Assembly (NCBI GenBank): GCA_002269645.1 | Contig: NIVC01002252.1 | Span: 62,001 to 126,000, forward strand | From: Macrostomum lignano | Taxonomy: Eukaryota | Length of the DNA stretch: 64,000 nucleotides | Reading direction: 5' to 3' | Part shown: piece by piece, positions 1 through 13,427 of the stretch | Layout of the letters: each line of letters starts with the position of its first letter | How positions within the stretch are numbered: position 1 is the first letter of the stretch | Translations under genes and position numbers: made by a program | The notes under the pieces: generated by a model | Told to the model about the DNA's origin: nothing | The model's database searches: none | Seen by the model: the letters and a program-made list of their open reading frames with translations, nothing else

Positions 1-294
1 TCTTTTCTAACTGTGTAAGTACTCATTTGCGGTAGCTAACTACCTTAAATTTAATTATTTTTTCGGACTTACAAGCTACCATTTTCTGTCTCAGCTGGGC
101 AAGACCGAATCTGGAGCTAAATTTTAACTGAGGCAATTCCAAAGACCAAGGGAATTCCACACTATATATATATAAAGTCCATATATATGCATAAGCCATT
201 AATTTTTACCTTTGAATTGTCTTATCTGTTCTAATTGCACTAATTGGTTTGAATCTCAGAGTTTTGAAAACACAAGACCTAACTAGAAAGCGAC

Positions 295-2214
295 ATGCCA
301 GAAGAAGTTGGCAGATCACTGTGGTCAGCATCAGTTCTACTTCTCTGCTTGTTCTCAGTCTGCAAGCTTAAACCGTAAGTTCAGAAAAGCTCTTTTCCCT
401 TTAACTGTTGCTGAGAAGCTCGAACGAGCGTATATTTTTTGAAAAAAAGAACATTATTCTAGTTATTTGTGATAATATTTTTGATATACGTCATAAGTTA
501 TATACGATATATGACATACATGTATTTGATATATGTCATACGTCTAGTTTATGTTTGCGCTAGTAGTTTTGATTAAGTTTATTTGAATTGCTGTGACTCT
601 TAGAATCTGACGTGCATGTAATAATCTAGCGTACGCGCTATAACAAAAAGTAGATAAATGCCACAAATTAAGTATCGAATCGTTATAAAAGTTTCAAAAA
701 ACCAACCTGCTCGTCAAAAACCTGACAGGTGCCTATCAGAGAATCATTACTGCCCAATGGCCACCGAATTTACGGTTCTGCTTGATGATTACAGCCACAG
801 AAATGCGACATTCATTCCGAGAAGTCAAGATGGAATTAACGATGGTCCTATTGTAACGGGGCGCTGCAAGTGGACCGTTAAAATCAAAGCGCCAGAAAAT
901 CAGCAAGTTTTGGTGCAAAGACTTCCCGGAATTCCAGCTAAAAATTCTATCAAGCGAAATTCTAGCCTCCTACAGAATGTACTAATCTCCAACCAAAAAG
1001 GACTCAACGACGAGATACGTAGCGCTTCATTTTCTGTGCATTCAGCGCAAAAAAGGTAAGCATGTACAAAAAACTCCTATCAAAAAATTTCCTAAATAAT
1101 TTTTGCGCATCTTTCTTGTCATAATTTAGAAGCAAGTTTGAAATTTCAATCACCTGGGAGGCGGGCAGCTTAAAATCTTACGGCGACTTAGACAATGTTA
1201 GAGTCATGCTACCAATACCTGGATACTGCAGTCGCACCATGCTGGCCTTCAATGGGAAGTGCTATGCTATGAGTGCAGTTGAACAAAATGTCACCGACGC
1301 CATGTCCAGCGTCAGGGGCGATGCTCAGCTGGCCAGCTTCTCAAGCATGACTGACATCTGCGAGTTCGTTGCAGCCAGTGAGAAAATGTTTGGTTCAAAT
1401 GTCAGAGCCGGTGTTTTATTTCATTTATTGTACACATTGAAAATAAAAAAATAACTTTTTCAGACAAAGCAAGAGCAAATGAGTATCCATACAGACGGCC
1501 TCTCCATCTGAGCCAGCGGGTCCGTCTCGGCATGTTTCTCGATTCAGCCGATGCGACAGTGCTGTCCGTGGTCAGGAGTGACAGCGGCTGCCTGCTGAAG
1601 CCTGTAGCTAACTTGGATGAATTCAGGTGAGACTCAAGCTCAATTATTGATTTACTCGCATACCCGATTGTAATAAAATGTATCTTCGAAACTTTTTCAG
1701 AGTAACTGGCGGAGTGACAGGTTCATGTCTGTCTCTCAGAGCGACCGAGTCAGACACGGTGATAGTCGAGCTCGGCGACTGCAGCAGCCCGATGCTGTCG
1801 CTACTGAGCTTCCCGGAGACTGCGCGCTCCGTGCCGAGCTCAGCGCACTGCAATGGCAGCGAGCTGATTGGCCTGATCCACCAACTGCTCAGTCCTGCTG
1901 CAAGTCTGTTCTCTGCAAGTCTGAGAATTTCTGCTGTCACGACTAGTCCAGATATTAAAGCTGCAGCCATACCATTTGAACTCATAATTGTTTCTGGGTG
2001 TGTGGGACTTCTAATTTGTGTCGCAGCCATTTTGATATACTTTTACTTGAAGCGTCGTTCTGGTCGAAATGCTCAACATTATGGAAACGGAGGACAACCG
2101 GCCACCCAAACTATGCAGGAAAACCAGTTACCACTATTGGAATCACCTCTCGAGAGACGTGAATCAAATCAAGTTGCAGAGTCTACTACAGATCGTCAAG
2201 AAAGTTTAGTGTGA
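295..2214 (+). CDS. CUB-like/CTLD-like type I membrane protein, array copy 1 (exons 295-374, 729-1055, 1130-1377, 1464-1626, 1701-2214; ~443 aa)
   Basis: All introns are GT-AG with matching phases (2,2,1,2). Signal-like MPEEVGRSLWSASVLLLCLFSVC; CUB-like RCKWTVKIKAPENQQVLVQ; CTLD-like CSRTMLAFNGKCYAMS..QLASFSS; TM LIIVSGCVGLLICVAAILIYFYL followed by KRR; ends in ESLV. Confidence 0.85.
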
Positions 2215-2633
2215 CATCGAAATTCAGTCGAAATTTGGAAAAGATACTCTCGGTACCGGTATATCAATAGAGAGTAAACAACGAAAATTGCTTTCCACTT
2301 TAACTGTTCAGTATATGAAAATTCGCATTTAGTCACATTGTGGAACAATTCTACTACCGTGCAAACGACGAAAAATAAAGGTACGTAAATAGAATGCACA
2401 GGCGACAATATTTTTAGGCAGCTATTTTTAGCTATGACAAAGTTCTATACCTATATGCGAATGTGTCATAAATATATATATAGAAATTACTAAACGCAAG
2501 CACGTACCATGTACAATGTACTTTTGTATTTTGTTCCTAAAAGAGGGTATCAAACCAATGATATAAATAAGTATCATGATGTTCTAACATCACCCTAGAA
2601 AAAATGCATCAGTGACACTCTGTATGCACTTGT

Positions 2634-4300
2634 ACCGGCAGCATTTGCTTCTTGCTACTTTAACAATACTTTTACCATTGTAAGTACCACTCAAAGAAAT
2701 AACCAAATCAAGCTTATATATGCAAGCGAAACAAGCATACTTGTCCTCATCATGCTTTTTATATTGCATCATTATTTTAGAGTCGAGTCAGCCAACCACT
2801 ACTGCGTGAACGGACAAACCCTAAGCATTGAACTGGACGATTTCTACCACCGAGACGAGACAATAATTCCTCAGGTTCTTGACGAGCCGAGGCACAAACT
2901 GATGAAGCCAAAGGACTGCAGGTGGGAGGTCCTACTGACATCCTCAAATCCAGACCTGCAGTTTGTCCTCGAAGGATTGCACAGCAATGGTAGAAGCAGA
3001 GAGATCAAAGACAAATTCGACAGTAAAAATGAAAGCGCCAGTGTTGTTATGGACTCGAGAACGCGTATTGTTGCAGGCATGTTTCAGGTGCAGCCACTGA
3101 ATAAGAGGTGAGTGCGTGAGACGCAAGAAATAAAATTTTGATCCTGATAAAAAAATTAACTGAAGTGATTCATTTATTTTAACTCTTTCAATTTCAGCAA
3201 GCACTTCTTTCTCACAGCAAGTTGGGATCCTAGAACGCAAAAGCCGCAAGCAGAAAACTTAAGAATATTGTTACCACTGCCTAGATATTGTAGTCGGGAC
3301 ATGCTCAGCTTCAATGGGAGCTGCTATGCTGTGAGCGCAGTTAAACAAAATTTGACCAAGGCCATGTCCAGCATTGGAGGCGATGCTCAGCTGGCCAGCT
3401 TCTCCAGTCTTGCTGAGATCACTGAGTTCGTTGCTGCTAGTAAGTGCGACGTGCATTAATACTCAAAGTTAATTTTAAAATGGTAAAAGCTAATCGGCAT
3501 TTCTACGAGTATAATCAACCAGACTCCCTAAATCCTTGGCTAACTTGCAGATAACAAAAAGCTGCAGGAGTTCCCGTACAGACGGCCCCTGAGCCTGGGC
3601 CAGCCGGTCCGTCTCGGCATGCTTCTCAACCGATCCAGTGCGTCCGTGATGTCTGCGGTCCGGAGTGACAGCGGCTGTCGGCTGGAGTCGGTTTCAGGCA
3701 GCGGTGAATTCGGGTAAAGTTTGGCTCTGCCATTTTTATTAATAAATGCAAATTAATAACTTGAAGAAGTGATTTTTTTAAATTTACTTTTTTTACTTTT
3801 AAATGCATTTTAGTGCTTCTGGTGACACAATAAAAGGTCCGTGCTTGTCTCTTAGGCTTACGAAGTCGAATAGAGGGGTGGTTGAGTTCAGCAACTGCAG
3901 CAGCCGGATGCTTTCGCTGCTGAGCTTCCCGGAGACTGCGCGCTCCGTGCCGAGCTCAGCGCACTGCAGCGGCAGCGAGATGGCAAATCTGATTGAGCAG
4001 CTGGCGAGCCGTCTATACAAAAATTCGTCAAGTCCAGTTCCTAATGAGGCTGCTACTCCGCCGTGGTGGGCTTTCCGCAGTTTCTCTTTTTTCTGGGTCG
4101 CTATCACCTTGTCGAGCTTAGCATTGGCAGTAGCTGTTTCGGTCTGGCGGAACTGCCGACAGCAGTCGCTGACGAAGTCAATTGACGCCGTGGAATCTGA
4201 CAAGTACTCTGACGAGTCACTAATAAATAGTGAAGAAGCTGAGCAACAGACGGTCACTCTTGCATCTGTAAACAACTCCGTGGACATGCGGATCAAATAG
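2634..4300 (+). CDS. CUB-like/CTLD-like type I membrane protein, array copy 2 (exons 2634-2689, 2781-3107, 3198-3439, 3551-3713, 3814-4300; ~424 aa)
   Basis: Same five-exon structure and phases as copy 1, with identical exon 2 (327 nt) and exon 4 (163 nt) lengths. Signal MHLYRQHLLLATLTILLPL; NHYC..CRWEV; TM FSFFWVAITLSSLALAVAVSVW. Confidence 0.85.
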
Positions 4301-5406
4301 TTTTCATGTAACTTTTGCGTTGCTTTTGTCAGAATATGGCGAAAATTGTACCAATTCACATTTAAATGACTCTCGATGGATATATTTTTAACTGGCTTTG
4401 CATAAATATTCAGCTATCCGCTTATAAAACAAGTGGGAAAATTGATGCATATTCCCAGAATCGTACTTCAAAACTGACTATTTTTAACAAGCATGCTATC
4501 TGCTTACATGTACGGATGTACCTGATTTATATCTAGTCAAGAAATTATTTAATCAATAGTTTCTATTTACAATATGCTCGTTCGTTTTCACAATTTTTAA
4601 TTACTTTATTATTTGTAAATAGTGTATTTAAGTACAAAAAATAGTACATCTGAAATGAAATTACCAGAAAAAAACTGCGTAGAATTTTACCAGACTTTAG
4701 CATACTTCAAAAGTACTTTTCTGTTGTCTGATCTCATTAGTGTACCTAACGCAATGCATAATGGCTTTTCGTGAATTCCAGAGTGATAAAAATTATACTT
4801 AATGTACGACCTACGAGCTATGTGCTTTATTTTCTTCATTTGAAGTGAGATTTAGATATATGGATTGACTATTAGCTCGTAATTTCTCTTGACCTGTTGT
4901 CGAGTTTCAAGTTGACAACAATCGTTCCGCCTAGCTATTTTCTTTTAATATTGTACGTGGAAAATTTGGGTAGCCAAATAGTCTCTGTAAACCTTGGTAA
5001 ACAGTTTTTATTACTGATTAACACCTAGAATATACATGTACTTTTACAACTGGTTGCTATATTGCAAAATCGAAAGGGAAAAGCAGCAAGGCAACAGAAA
5101 GCCGCTAAAGCATAGGCAATATGATGAATAAAGATAGAGAGCCACTGTACAGTCTGTGATCGTGTTGAATGGGTTTTCCGTGGCCTCACCGCCATATACG
5201 CTCTTTTCTATTTTTAGAAATGACTGATCTACGCTCGTACAGTCGGCTGTTCCTTATACAGTACGAGTAAATTTGGGTGTTAGTTAGTTCCATGTACGAG
5301 CTATAAATAAAGGAACTAATTTTTTTTATCTTGCAGCTTCCTATCGGTTGAGCTAAATCCATCGCAGCTTTCTACAGAAAGAAACAATTGCTATGATAGT
5401 TGAATC

Positions 5407-7234
5407 ATGGCGTCGCGTTATCTTTCCCTTGTTGCCATTGCTCTGGTTTTGTCTAAGTAAGTTAAAACCTAACTGCGTTAAAAATGTTTGCTTTGATAAA
5501 TATATTTCATTACCAGTAACAAAATTACTCGTACTGTGTCCAGGTACCACTGCATCACTAAGGAGATTGAGCTAAACGACGACAAGAGAGAGTTAATAAT
5601 CAGTGTAGATTTGAGAAACCACAGACCACAGAGTTGGGAGGTGAGATTGAGCTCTAGAAGCTCCAATCAACAGGTACTGCTTGAAGGAACTGACCTCACT
5701 GACAGCGCTTATGCTGTCAGCTATTCGCTGGGAACCGACTCAAGAATAGCGACTAGTGGACTATTTCACATCTTTGCTCTCCAACAGGATTAAGTTTTGG
5801 CATAACTTTATTTAGTATACATCGATTATACCGCAGACAATGTGATTCTGTATATGCAGTATTTGACGTCAACTATTCCAGACTGAAACTGCGCATAGAG
5901 GCAAAGCTGATGCAAAGCGGCAAATGGCAAAGTTCGACCATCTTGAGACTTCAGCTGATAAACCCTGAAAAGTGCGCCGCTGACATGCTCAGTTATCGAG
6001 GCTGGTGCTATGTTGACAGTTCAGTACCGCAGAATATTACAGAAGCGATGTTGAGCATTAGAGGCAATGCTCAGCTGGCCAGCTTTTCCAGCCTGAATGA
6101 GATGCAAGAGCTCATCCGTGCTAGTGAGTTTTTAAAATACACTAATCATATATCTAAGGGCTACGAGCTACTAATACCCTGCTCATTTTCTTACAGACAA
6201 CAAGCCACTATTAACTCCTCCGTTCAAGCGACAAATCGACCTTAAGCAAGCAGCTCGTATCGGCATGTTCCGAGGCGATTCCAAGGCGCCAATAATGTCT
6301 CTAATCAATGGTGGCAGCCACTGCGAATTGCAGCCAGTTCAGCAGTACAAGGATCTCATGTGAGCATTCAATTGACGTGAAAACGTGAAGATTTTCGGCA
6401 TTACCTTTTTAACTTTTATTTCTTCTTTTTAGTGTAAACAATAAAACAAATGGTATATATTGGTCTATACGGGAGGTAACATCTGATGGCGCTGAGATGG
6501 AACTGAATGATTGCAACAGTCCAATGCCATCACTAATAAGTTTCCCACAGACAGCCAATTCTGAATCGCTGCATTTCTCCGACTGTCATAGCGACAGCAT
6601 TATTCACCTTGTTACCGAACTGGTCGGTTCTTTTGCGAACAACAGATCAACGTTGCTCACAGGCGGCACCATTCCAACCAACTATGATGATAGAAATGGC
6701 AATGGAAGTGCTCAATGGGCAAGCGGCGCTATTGGTAACTCTACGGCGGAATATAGATCGGAGAAAAATACTCTAGGATTATTGGGAACTAGCATCTTAA
6801 CTGTCATTTCTTTACTTGCACTTATTTTTGCTGTCGTCTATTGCTTTCGCAACCATTTTTGTACAAGGACACATGTTGCGTCTACTGAGAGGGAGCTGGA
6901 ATCAACGCATGATTTAAGACAGAGTGAACGAATGGAAGTTGCCCATAGGCAAAACTCCGCCCAAGATGTAGTCTCATTGGAACCGAACTCCGCCCAAGAT
7001 TTAGTCGCTTCGGAACGGAACTCCGCCCAAGATGCAGTCGCTTCGGAACGGAACTCCGCCCAAGATGCAGTCGCTTCGGAACGGAACTCCGCCCAAGATG
7101 CAGTCGCTTCGGAACGGAACTCCGCCCAAGATGTAGTCGCTTCGGAACGGAATTCCGACAAAGATTCAGTTACTTCAGAGCAGAAGAATTTCCCATTTAT
7201 TATAAACTCGAATATGCATGATGCATTGTGCTAA
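5407..7234 (+). CDS. Divergent array copy 3 (exons 5407-5456, ~5517-5789, 5882-6123, 6197-6359, 6433-7234); intron 2 donor appears mutated, so possibly a pseudogene or a truncated secreted form
   Basis: Signal MASRYLSLVAIALVLS; exons 3 and 4 have the family lengths (242 and 163 nt); TM LGLLGTSILTVISLLALIFAVVYCF. At the expected phase-2 donor the sequence is GA|TTAAGT instead of GA|GTAAGT, and read-through meets TAA at 5791. Confidence 0.7.
6950..7170 (+). repeat. 33-bp coding minisatellite (NSAQDAVASER, ~6 units) in the cytoplasmic tail of copy 3
   Basis: Direct repeats of aactccgcccaagatgcagtcgcttcggaacgg, in frame with the exon 5 ORF. Confidence 0.9.
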
Positions 7235-8343
7235 TGTAGAAACTGTCCAGGGTTCACGGTGGGACTCGTTTTAGCACAGTACGAGTATTCTGAAAATATC
7301 TGCTGAAAGGCAGAAAATGCAAAATTATGGCGCTCTTTATCACTCTTTATAAAGTGGTCAGTAAAATGCCACCCAAATTTGCTCCTCTAGTCATTCACGA
7401 ATTTTATTTGCAGAAACCGAACGTTCAAATTTAAGTAAGAGAATTTTTACTTCCCAAACTTCAGTATTATAGTTTTTACTACATTATTGCCCTTCATAGT
7501 GTCATATATTATAAATAAGATTTTTCGACTGGCTTAAAATAGTTTTTTATACATGTATTTAGTTCAGGTTTCTATTTTAACTAACGATTCGTATGTCTCT
7601 TTAATATTTTAGAAAATATTTTTATTCATGCTAGATACTATTTTTCCTACAGTATACGCAAATGCAACTGTTATTTCATGCTTGAAAAGTTCATCTTGAT
7701 CGCTTGATCGAATCCAGTTTTTCAACTTTAAAACTAAATATACAGCGTTTAGTCATTGAGACTACAAAACTTATGTACAAAGTTTGATTTCATTAACCTT
7801 AAAAAACTGCTTCTGTATATGCTATTTGCATGTACTAACCATGCAGAGCCTTAGAATGGGGAATTCTTTATCGACATTAGATTGAGCTGGAGAATCAGTG
7901 TACTCTTATCTCAGCTGAGTTCCCTGCTTTATGGCTTAGACAACCCTGTAGCTCGTGTACAGTCTGAATGTACTTTCTTACTAGGTACTACCACACTGCT
8001 TCACAATGGACATTGCTAGATGATGAACATATGCAAGTGCAACTAGCTATTTTTATCGATGATGTACATTTATTTGGTCGTATACGTGACTCACTCTTTC
8101 CCATCATCGAAAAGCAGTACCATGGAATTCACGTGGCACATCCCACAAATCCATGGCAAACCCGAGGCTACTCTGTGGTGATTCCTGGGTTATACCGGGG
8201 AAGAACTGCACCTGATGCATATATACTTAAGCAATATTTGCATTAAAACGTGGCCCTACATTACATTTCTGCTTTTGTATCCGGATTAGCATCTAGGCCT
8301 ATATCGCTATTGGTCAGAAGCGCTCTGAGTAGCTACAAGGAGC

Positions 8344-11300
8344 ATGTTCGATTATTTAAAAAAATTATCAGCAGTCCTTCTTCATGACAACCCTTTGACA
8401 TCATATATACTGCTGATCTTACTAGTGGCTTTCTTCACCCAGCTGTGAGTGATATTTGATACATATATTAAGGTCGAATGTATAGAGTAAGTGGGGTTGT
8501 AGCCTAGTGGTTAGAGCGTCGGACTCACGACTAAACGGTCGGGGGTTCGATTCTCGCTCCACTCGGAACAATTTGTGTCGCTTGAACAAGACACTTAACT
8601 CTAAATTGCTTTAGTTCACCCAGCGGTAAAATGGGTGCCAAAATTAGGGTAGGGGGGGGGTAATTGGGGGTGTGTGTGTTAGGAACCCCCCAGTCCTTGC
8701 ACTTTGGGGCTGGGTAGTCATTTATTGTGATTATTATCAATGTTATAATTATATTGCCGTCTAATTATAGTAATCGTGAGTTGGCATATGTACAGTTAGT
8801 ACTCACCTATTCATGTCTGCAGATGCCAGTCAGACAATCACCACTGCAGCCCACTGGGCCAGCACGTTCTACCACTCGACAAAAGAATGAACAAAGACGA
8901 GACTCTGATACCGGAGCTGCAGGATGTTGACAGCGTGAATCGATTCGATTACAACCGCTGCCGATGGAGATTCAAGAAGAACTCGAGACCGCAGACTGGC
9001 GTCCAGTTAGTTGTGCAAGGACTGCCTCTGGCCACTGAATTCAGCCGCTGCGTCAACAAGGCCGAAATTCAAATTAAGAGTTCGTTGGGATGGAAAAAGA
9101 AAATTGAAGCCGGATCCATTCACGTGTTTTCGCTATTTAAGAGGTACTGCTAAATTTTTGCAATCTCGTAGATACTAATGTGTTTTAAAATAGTAAATGT
9201 CATATAAGTGGTGTGAAAATCAAATATAAATTCATATATCTGTTCGCTCACTTCAGACAGTCGTTAGACATCGAAGCGTACTGGAAGGCCAACACTCCAG
9301 CAGTGGACAGATGCGCCATGAAAGTGCGAGTGCTGGTTCCGATTCAACAAGACTGCAGTCCAGACATGCTCGGATTTCGTGGCAACTGCTTCGCCCTGAG
9401 CACACAGAAACAAAATTTAACAGACGCAATGTCCAACATCGGAGGCGATGCTCAGCTGGCCAGCTTCTCCAGCATGGCTGAGGTATCCGAGTTCATCGCG
9501 GCAAGTGAGTAATATGATGATTTAAACAAAATTGCAACAATATAAAATTACTGCAATTTGCATATAATTATTGCTTATGTACACTGGTTTAAGACACAGC
9601 CAGGCAGCACAAGTACCCACACGAGAGGCCTCTGAGCCTGGGTCAACCGGTCCGTCTCGGCATGTTTCTCAACGCATCCGCTGCTGAAGTTCTGTCACTG
9701 GTCAGGAGTGACAGCAGCTGTCAGATGCAGCCTGTTGCGAAGCTGTCCAATTTTTCGTAAGTTTTGTGTTCTCGTAGCGTCATTTCGTTACAAACCAGTT
9801 TGATTGGCCTTCATAAGCACTTTATAAAATCGCTGTAAATTTCAGAGCGACTGGCATAGTGACAGGTCCGTGCTTGACACTGAGGGTGAATAAGTCCGAC
9901 GCAGCGGTGATCGAGTTCGGTGACTGCAGCAGCCCGATGCTGTCGCTGCTGAGCTTCCCGGAGACTGCGCGCTCCGTGCCGAGCTCAGCAGTGCACTGCA
10001 GCGGCAGCGAGCTGGCGACTCTTCTGGATCGGCTTCAGAGTCGCTTTGCGGATGCCGAGTCCAGTCCAGAGTTTTCTGCTCAAGGGAAAAATAATTCGGC
10101 TAGAGAAGGAAATGAGTTATTTTTCCAGAAGAATCAGGATTTTATCTATCCCGCCATTATCGTTGGCGCACTGCTGCTGATTGCTGTCTTTGTGGTGATG
10201 GCGTTCGCGATGAAGCTTCGACGGCGTCGCAAGCTGAAATACCTGCTGAATTACGAACCCCAAGAATCTAAACAGCTACGAGTAGATCACACGCAAATTG
10301 CTGAGCCACCAAAAAATTTTGGGAATTATGCTGATGATTACGTGGCCAGTACGTTGTATCAATTGTCATGAAGTCTTTGTTTCAAGTCCTGTTCTCTGAA
10401 TGAAGTCTTTGTTCAAGCCCGATGTCTCACAATTTCAGAGCGACACCCTCAAGCTGACGACATCACAGCGCCTGCTCTGCACACCTCGTCCAGCATTGAC
10501 AGCCTGGACCTGCTGGCCGCAGCCAAACGGCCGCAGCTTCGTCAGCAAGAGGTCCCCAGCAGTTTGTCATCCACAGCAGACCTTTACTTGGCCGCCAGGC
10601 TGGCCGGGGATGAGAGCAGCGAAGATTTCTCAGATTTGGTGCCGAATTCGTCGGACAGGTTCGGACACTCCGATTCCGAGTCTTTGTCCTCCTCTCTGTT
10701 GGACTCAGCTGTTGGTGGCGCCTCTGGAGAGGTGAGTTGGTTTCTGGCTTCATCTGCGAGTCTGTTTGCCACTCTGTCTCACTCTAAACCTCTGCCTACC
10801 TGTCTATCTCACCCTTTATTTCACTGTCTACCTCTCTGTCTCATACTATACCTCAACTTCTACTTTTCTATCTCACCCTGTTTCCTTGTCTACCTGTATT
10901 TCATCTTGCGCACCTGTCTACATATACCTCTCTAATCTATGTGTTAAGCTGCTGATGAAAAGATTTGACCCACACGTTTATTTATAAATCCTGCTGGAAA
11001 AAGACGACAGCTCGCAGCACTTTAACTACGCGTTCCCTGTCTGATGAATAACCTTTATTAGTACCTCTGAATTAGTTTTAGATAAGGTATATTTATTTAC
11101 GAGCTACAAATTTTATGTTAATGCTGTTAGCTAGATTAGCAATCCAGTTCGTATAATTATTTCCCTTAATCCCTTGCATTTCGCACCTGCAGCCCATTAG
11201 CAATAGTCAATCGGCATCCAACGTTAGCCGCACCAAACAAACGGAGCAGCAGCAACGGAATGAGAAGCCTGATGACTCACGAGAGGATCGGAGCGAGCTG

Positions 11301-11519
11301 CCCCAAGCTAACAACACCAAATATTTGCGGCGCCTTTACCGCCAAAAAATCGATCAATCTGACGCCCGGCATCCTCAGACACCAAAGATCGCGGCTGCGG
11401 TTCGGACATGCAGCGTCCGTTTCGACAACCGAAACTCGAATTTCGAGAAGACCCAGCTGACAGCGGCGAGATCGAAGGTCAGCGACTGGATCGGGGAGAA
11501 CTGCCTCCGGAAGGAATGA
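8344..11519 (+). CDS. Array copy 4 (exons 8344-8444, 8823-9143, 9257-9504, 9594-9756, 9846-10371 short form ~452 aa; or 9846-10348, 10439-10731, 11193-11519 long form ~651 aa)
   Basis: Phases match the family; hydrophobic leader YILLILLVAFFTQL; TM FIYPAIIVGALLLIAVFVVMAFAM followed by KLRRRRK. Two further open exons downstream are phase-compatible (A|gtacgt..tttcag|AG; GAG|gtgagt..ctgcag|CCC). Confidence 0.8.
8492..8750 (+). mobile_element. tRNA-derived SINE with CORE-like central domain, in intron 1 of copy 4
   Basis: A box TAGCCTAGTGG and B box GGTTCGATTC; then tgtgtcgcttgaacaagacacttaactct...gtaaaatggg, resembling the CORE/MIR consensus; ends in an (att)-rich tail. Confidence 0.7.
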
Positions 11520-12797
11520 AAAAACATTTGCGAGCTGTGTTTAGGAACTGACGGCTGATTGTGGGACCAGGAATCGAGTTTGGTCCTCTGTAGCCAAGAA
11601 ATGGACTTCTAGATCTATAGATTGTATTTAGTATATTGGATGGGCTGTGATAATTATATGTATTCATATCTCGTCTAATTTATTTTAAATGTAAAATATG
11701 GCCCAAAACCTCTAAAGATGGTGTCTGGACTGGAATTGTTCCCAGAGGGAAGTCGTCAAAGGGATTTTTTGCTAAAACTCTGATCATGGCTTCGTAACGT
11801 TTTGGTAGGAACCAAGTCAACCTCAAGCCGGCTAGAATGACTGAACAGGGGGTACCCAATGCAGGGATTCGATAAAAACAGGCTTTCGCATGAACCGAAG
11901 ACACGCTTACACAAGCTTAACCCGTGTACATTGAAACTGATCTGACTACGTCACCTATGCTATTCAACAGACTGGGACATTCAGCCAGTTTTCCTCCTCC
12001 GTTCACGCGTTTGACATTGAGACAGTTGCCCTATAATTGAATAAATAAAAAATACCTTAATTTTTTCATTAACTCGTTAAACTTCTCGCGGTTAAGTTCT
12101 TTATAGCAATACTTTAATAATTGCAATCAAAGCTCGTATCGGTAACTGTCCAAATTTATCCATTATTGCAGAAACTTATAAATCGTTCGTCACTCGTTCA
12201 GGTGTACCCGAAATGATTTGTGGTAGATACTCGTAGTTGAAGATGTTCTGCTAAAATCTTGCATAAGTTTATGAGCAGTTTGAAGTCGAAAACATACGTT
12301 AGATTGCTAGAATATACTAGTCTGTATTGTTCTGAGACACAGTTTGACCTTGTTTACAGATTTTGCAGAAATTTTAGTCGGTAGCTACTGAAGCAGCATC
12401 TCAAAAAAGAGAACTTGCTCTGAACAGTTGACACGTACGTGCTCTCAAACTATAGTACGAGCATAGCTAGATCCCACTGACAATAACGACAATAACGAAA
12501 CTCTTGGGTTCTGTGTGAGCCGTCTAAAAAAAGTCATGAGGCTCGAGTTTTTGTTGTGCACTAGCAACCGGCGCCCCCCCCCCCGCTGGGTAGCCAACTA
12601 AAACTGAATCATGTTTTTGAATAATCTACAGGTAGCTTCTGATCTTTCAGTCTTGACAGCTCAGAAATTCCCTTCGTAAGCCTTGACATCTCAGCAATTC
12701 TCACCAAGAGTCACAGCAGTAATATAAGTTACCCCCCCCCCCGGGGAGCCTTGATATCTCAGAAATTCCCCTCGTAAGCTTTGCAGCAGCTGCACGT

Positions 12798-12960
12798 TTA
12801 GCACCGGCTGTGAGCAGTACGACTCGGCGCGGCGATATATTGTCCATTGGTGACTCCCTCGTCGCCGATCTTAAAGGCGGCGAGCAGCAGGCCAGCGTGC
12901 GCCACGTCTACTTGCTGCTTCAGCGAGTCTGTCAGCGTCCAGGTCTCAGCGTTGTAAAGC
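12798..12960 (-). mobile_element. Fragment of a non-LTR retrotransposon (RTE-like clade), region C-terminal to the RT domain
   Basis: LYNAETWTLTDSLKQQVDVAHAGLLLAAF matches the LLYxxETWTL motif typical of RTE-clade ORFs; short and degenerate. Confidence 0.65.
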
Positions 12961-13427
12961 CATAGACCCAAGCACCAAACTGTCAGAGCAGAGATTTCCA
13001 GGTCACCGCTGCACCTCAGCAACTCCGTGGCCGAGCTGGAGGATCTCGGCCTTCAGAGGTGCCTGATCACAGCGGATCGCTTCTCCGCTTCCAGCAACTC
13101 CTGGTCCAGGTCACCATTCCCATGGTCTCTCCTTCCGCCCTGGTGTCGCCGCTCGCCGTCCTCGTGTCGTCGATCGAACGCTACCTCGGTGAGTTCTTCG
13201 TTGTTTCGTAAACCGCCGACTCTGAATCCTCCATGGAGCCCTGAGCCCTGCGCCTGAGATTTTGTCAGTCTCTCTTGCAACGCAAGCTTGTCGCCAAAGC
13301 AGAATACATTCGATGTCCTTCGATGCTAAAAATTACGAGCTAAATAATACATTTACTCCCAGCTCTTGTCGCGACTCTTCAATACCCTTCATTTTCTAGT
13401 CGACGTATTTGTACTACTCTTCTCAAA

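Noticed and set aside
8493-8565. Functional tRNA gene
   Set aside because: A and B boxes are present, but the anticodon and acceptor stems pair poorly and the sequence continues into a CORE-like SINE body and tail.
10240-10371. ITAM/ITIM in the copy 4 tail
   Set aside because: There are five tyrosines, but none fits YxxL/I with the required spacing or upstream residue.
13027-13290. Gag-like or other element ORF
   Set aside because: GC-rich and coding-like but has no recognisable motif; left unassigned.
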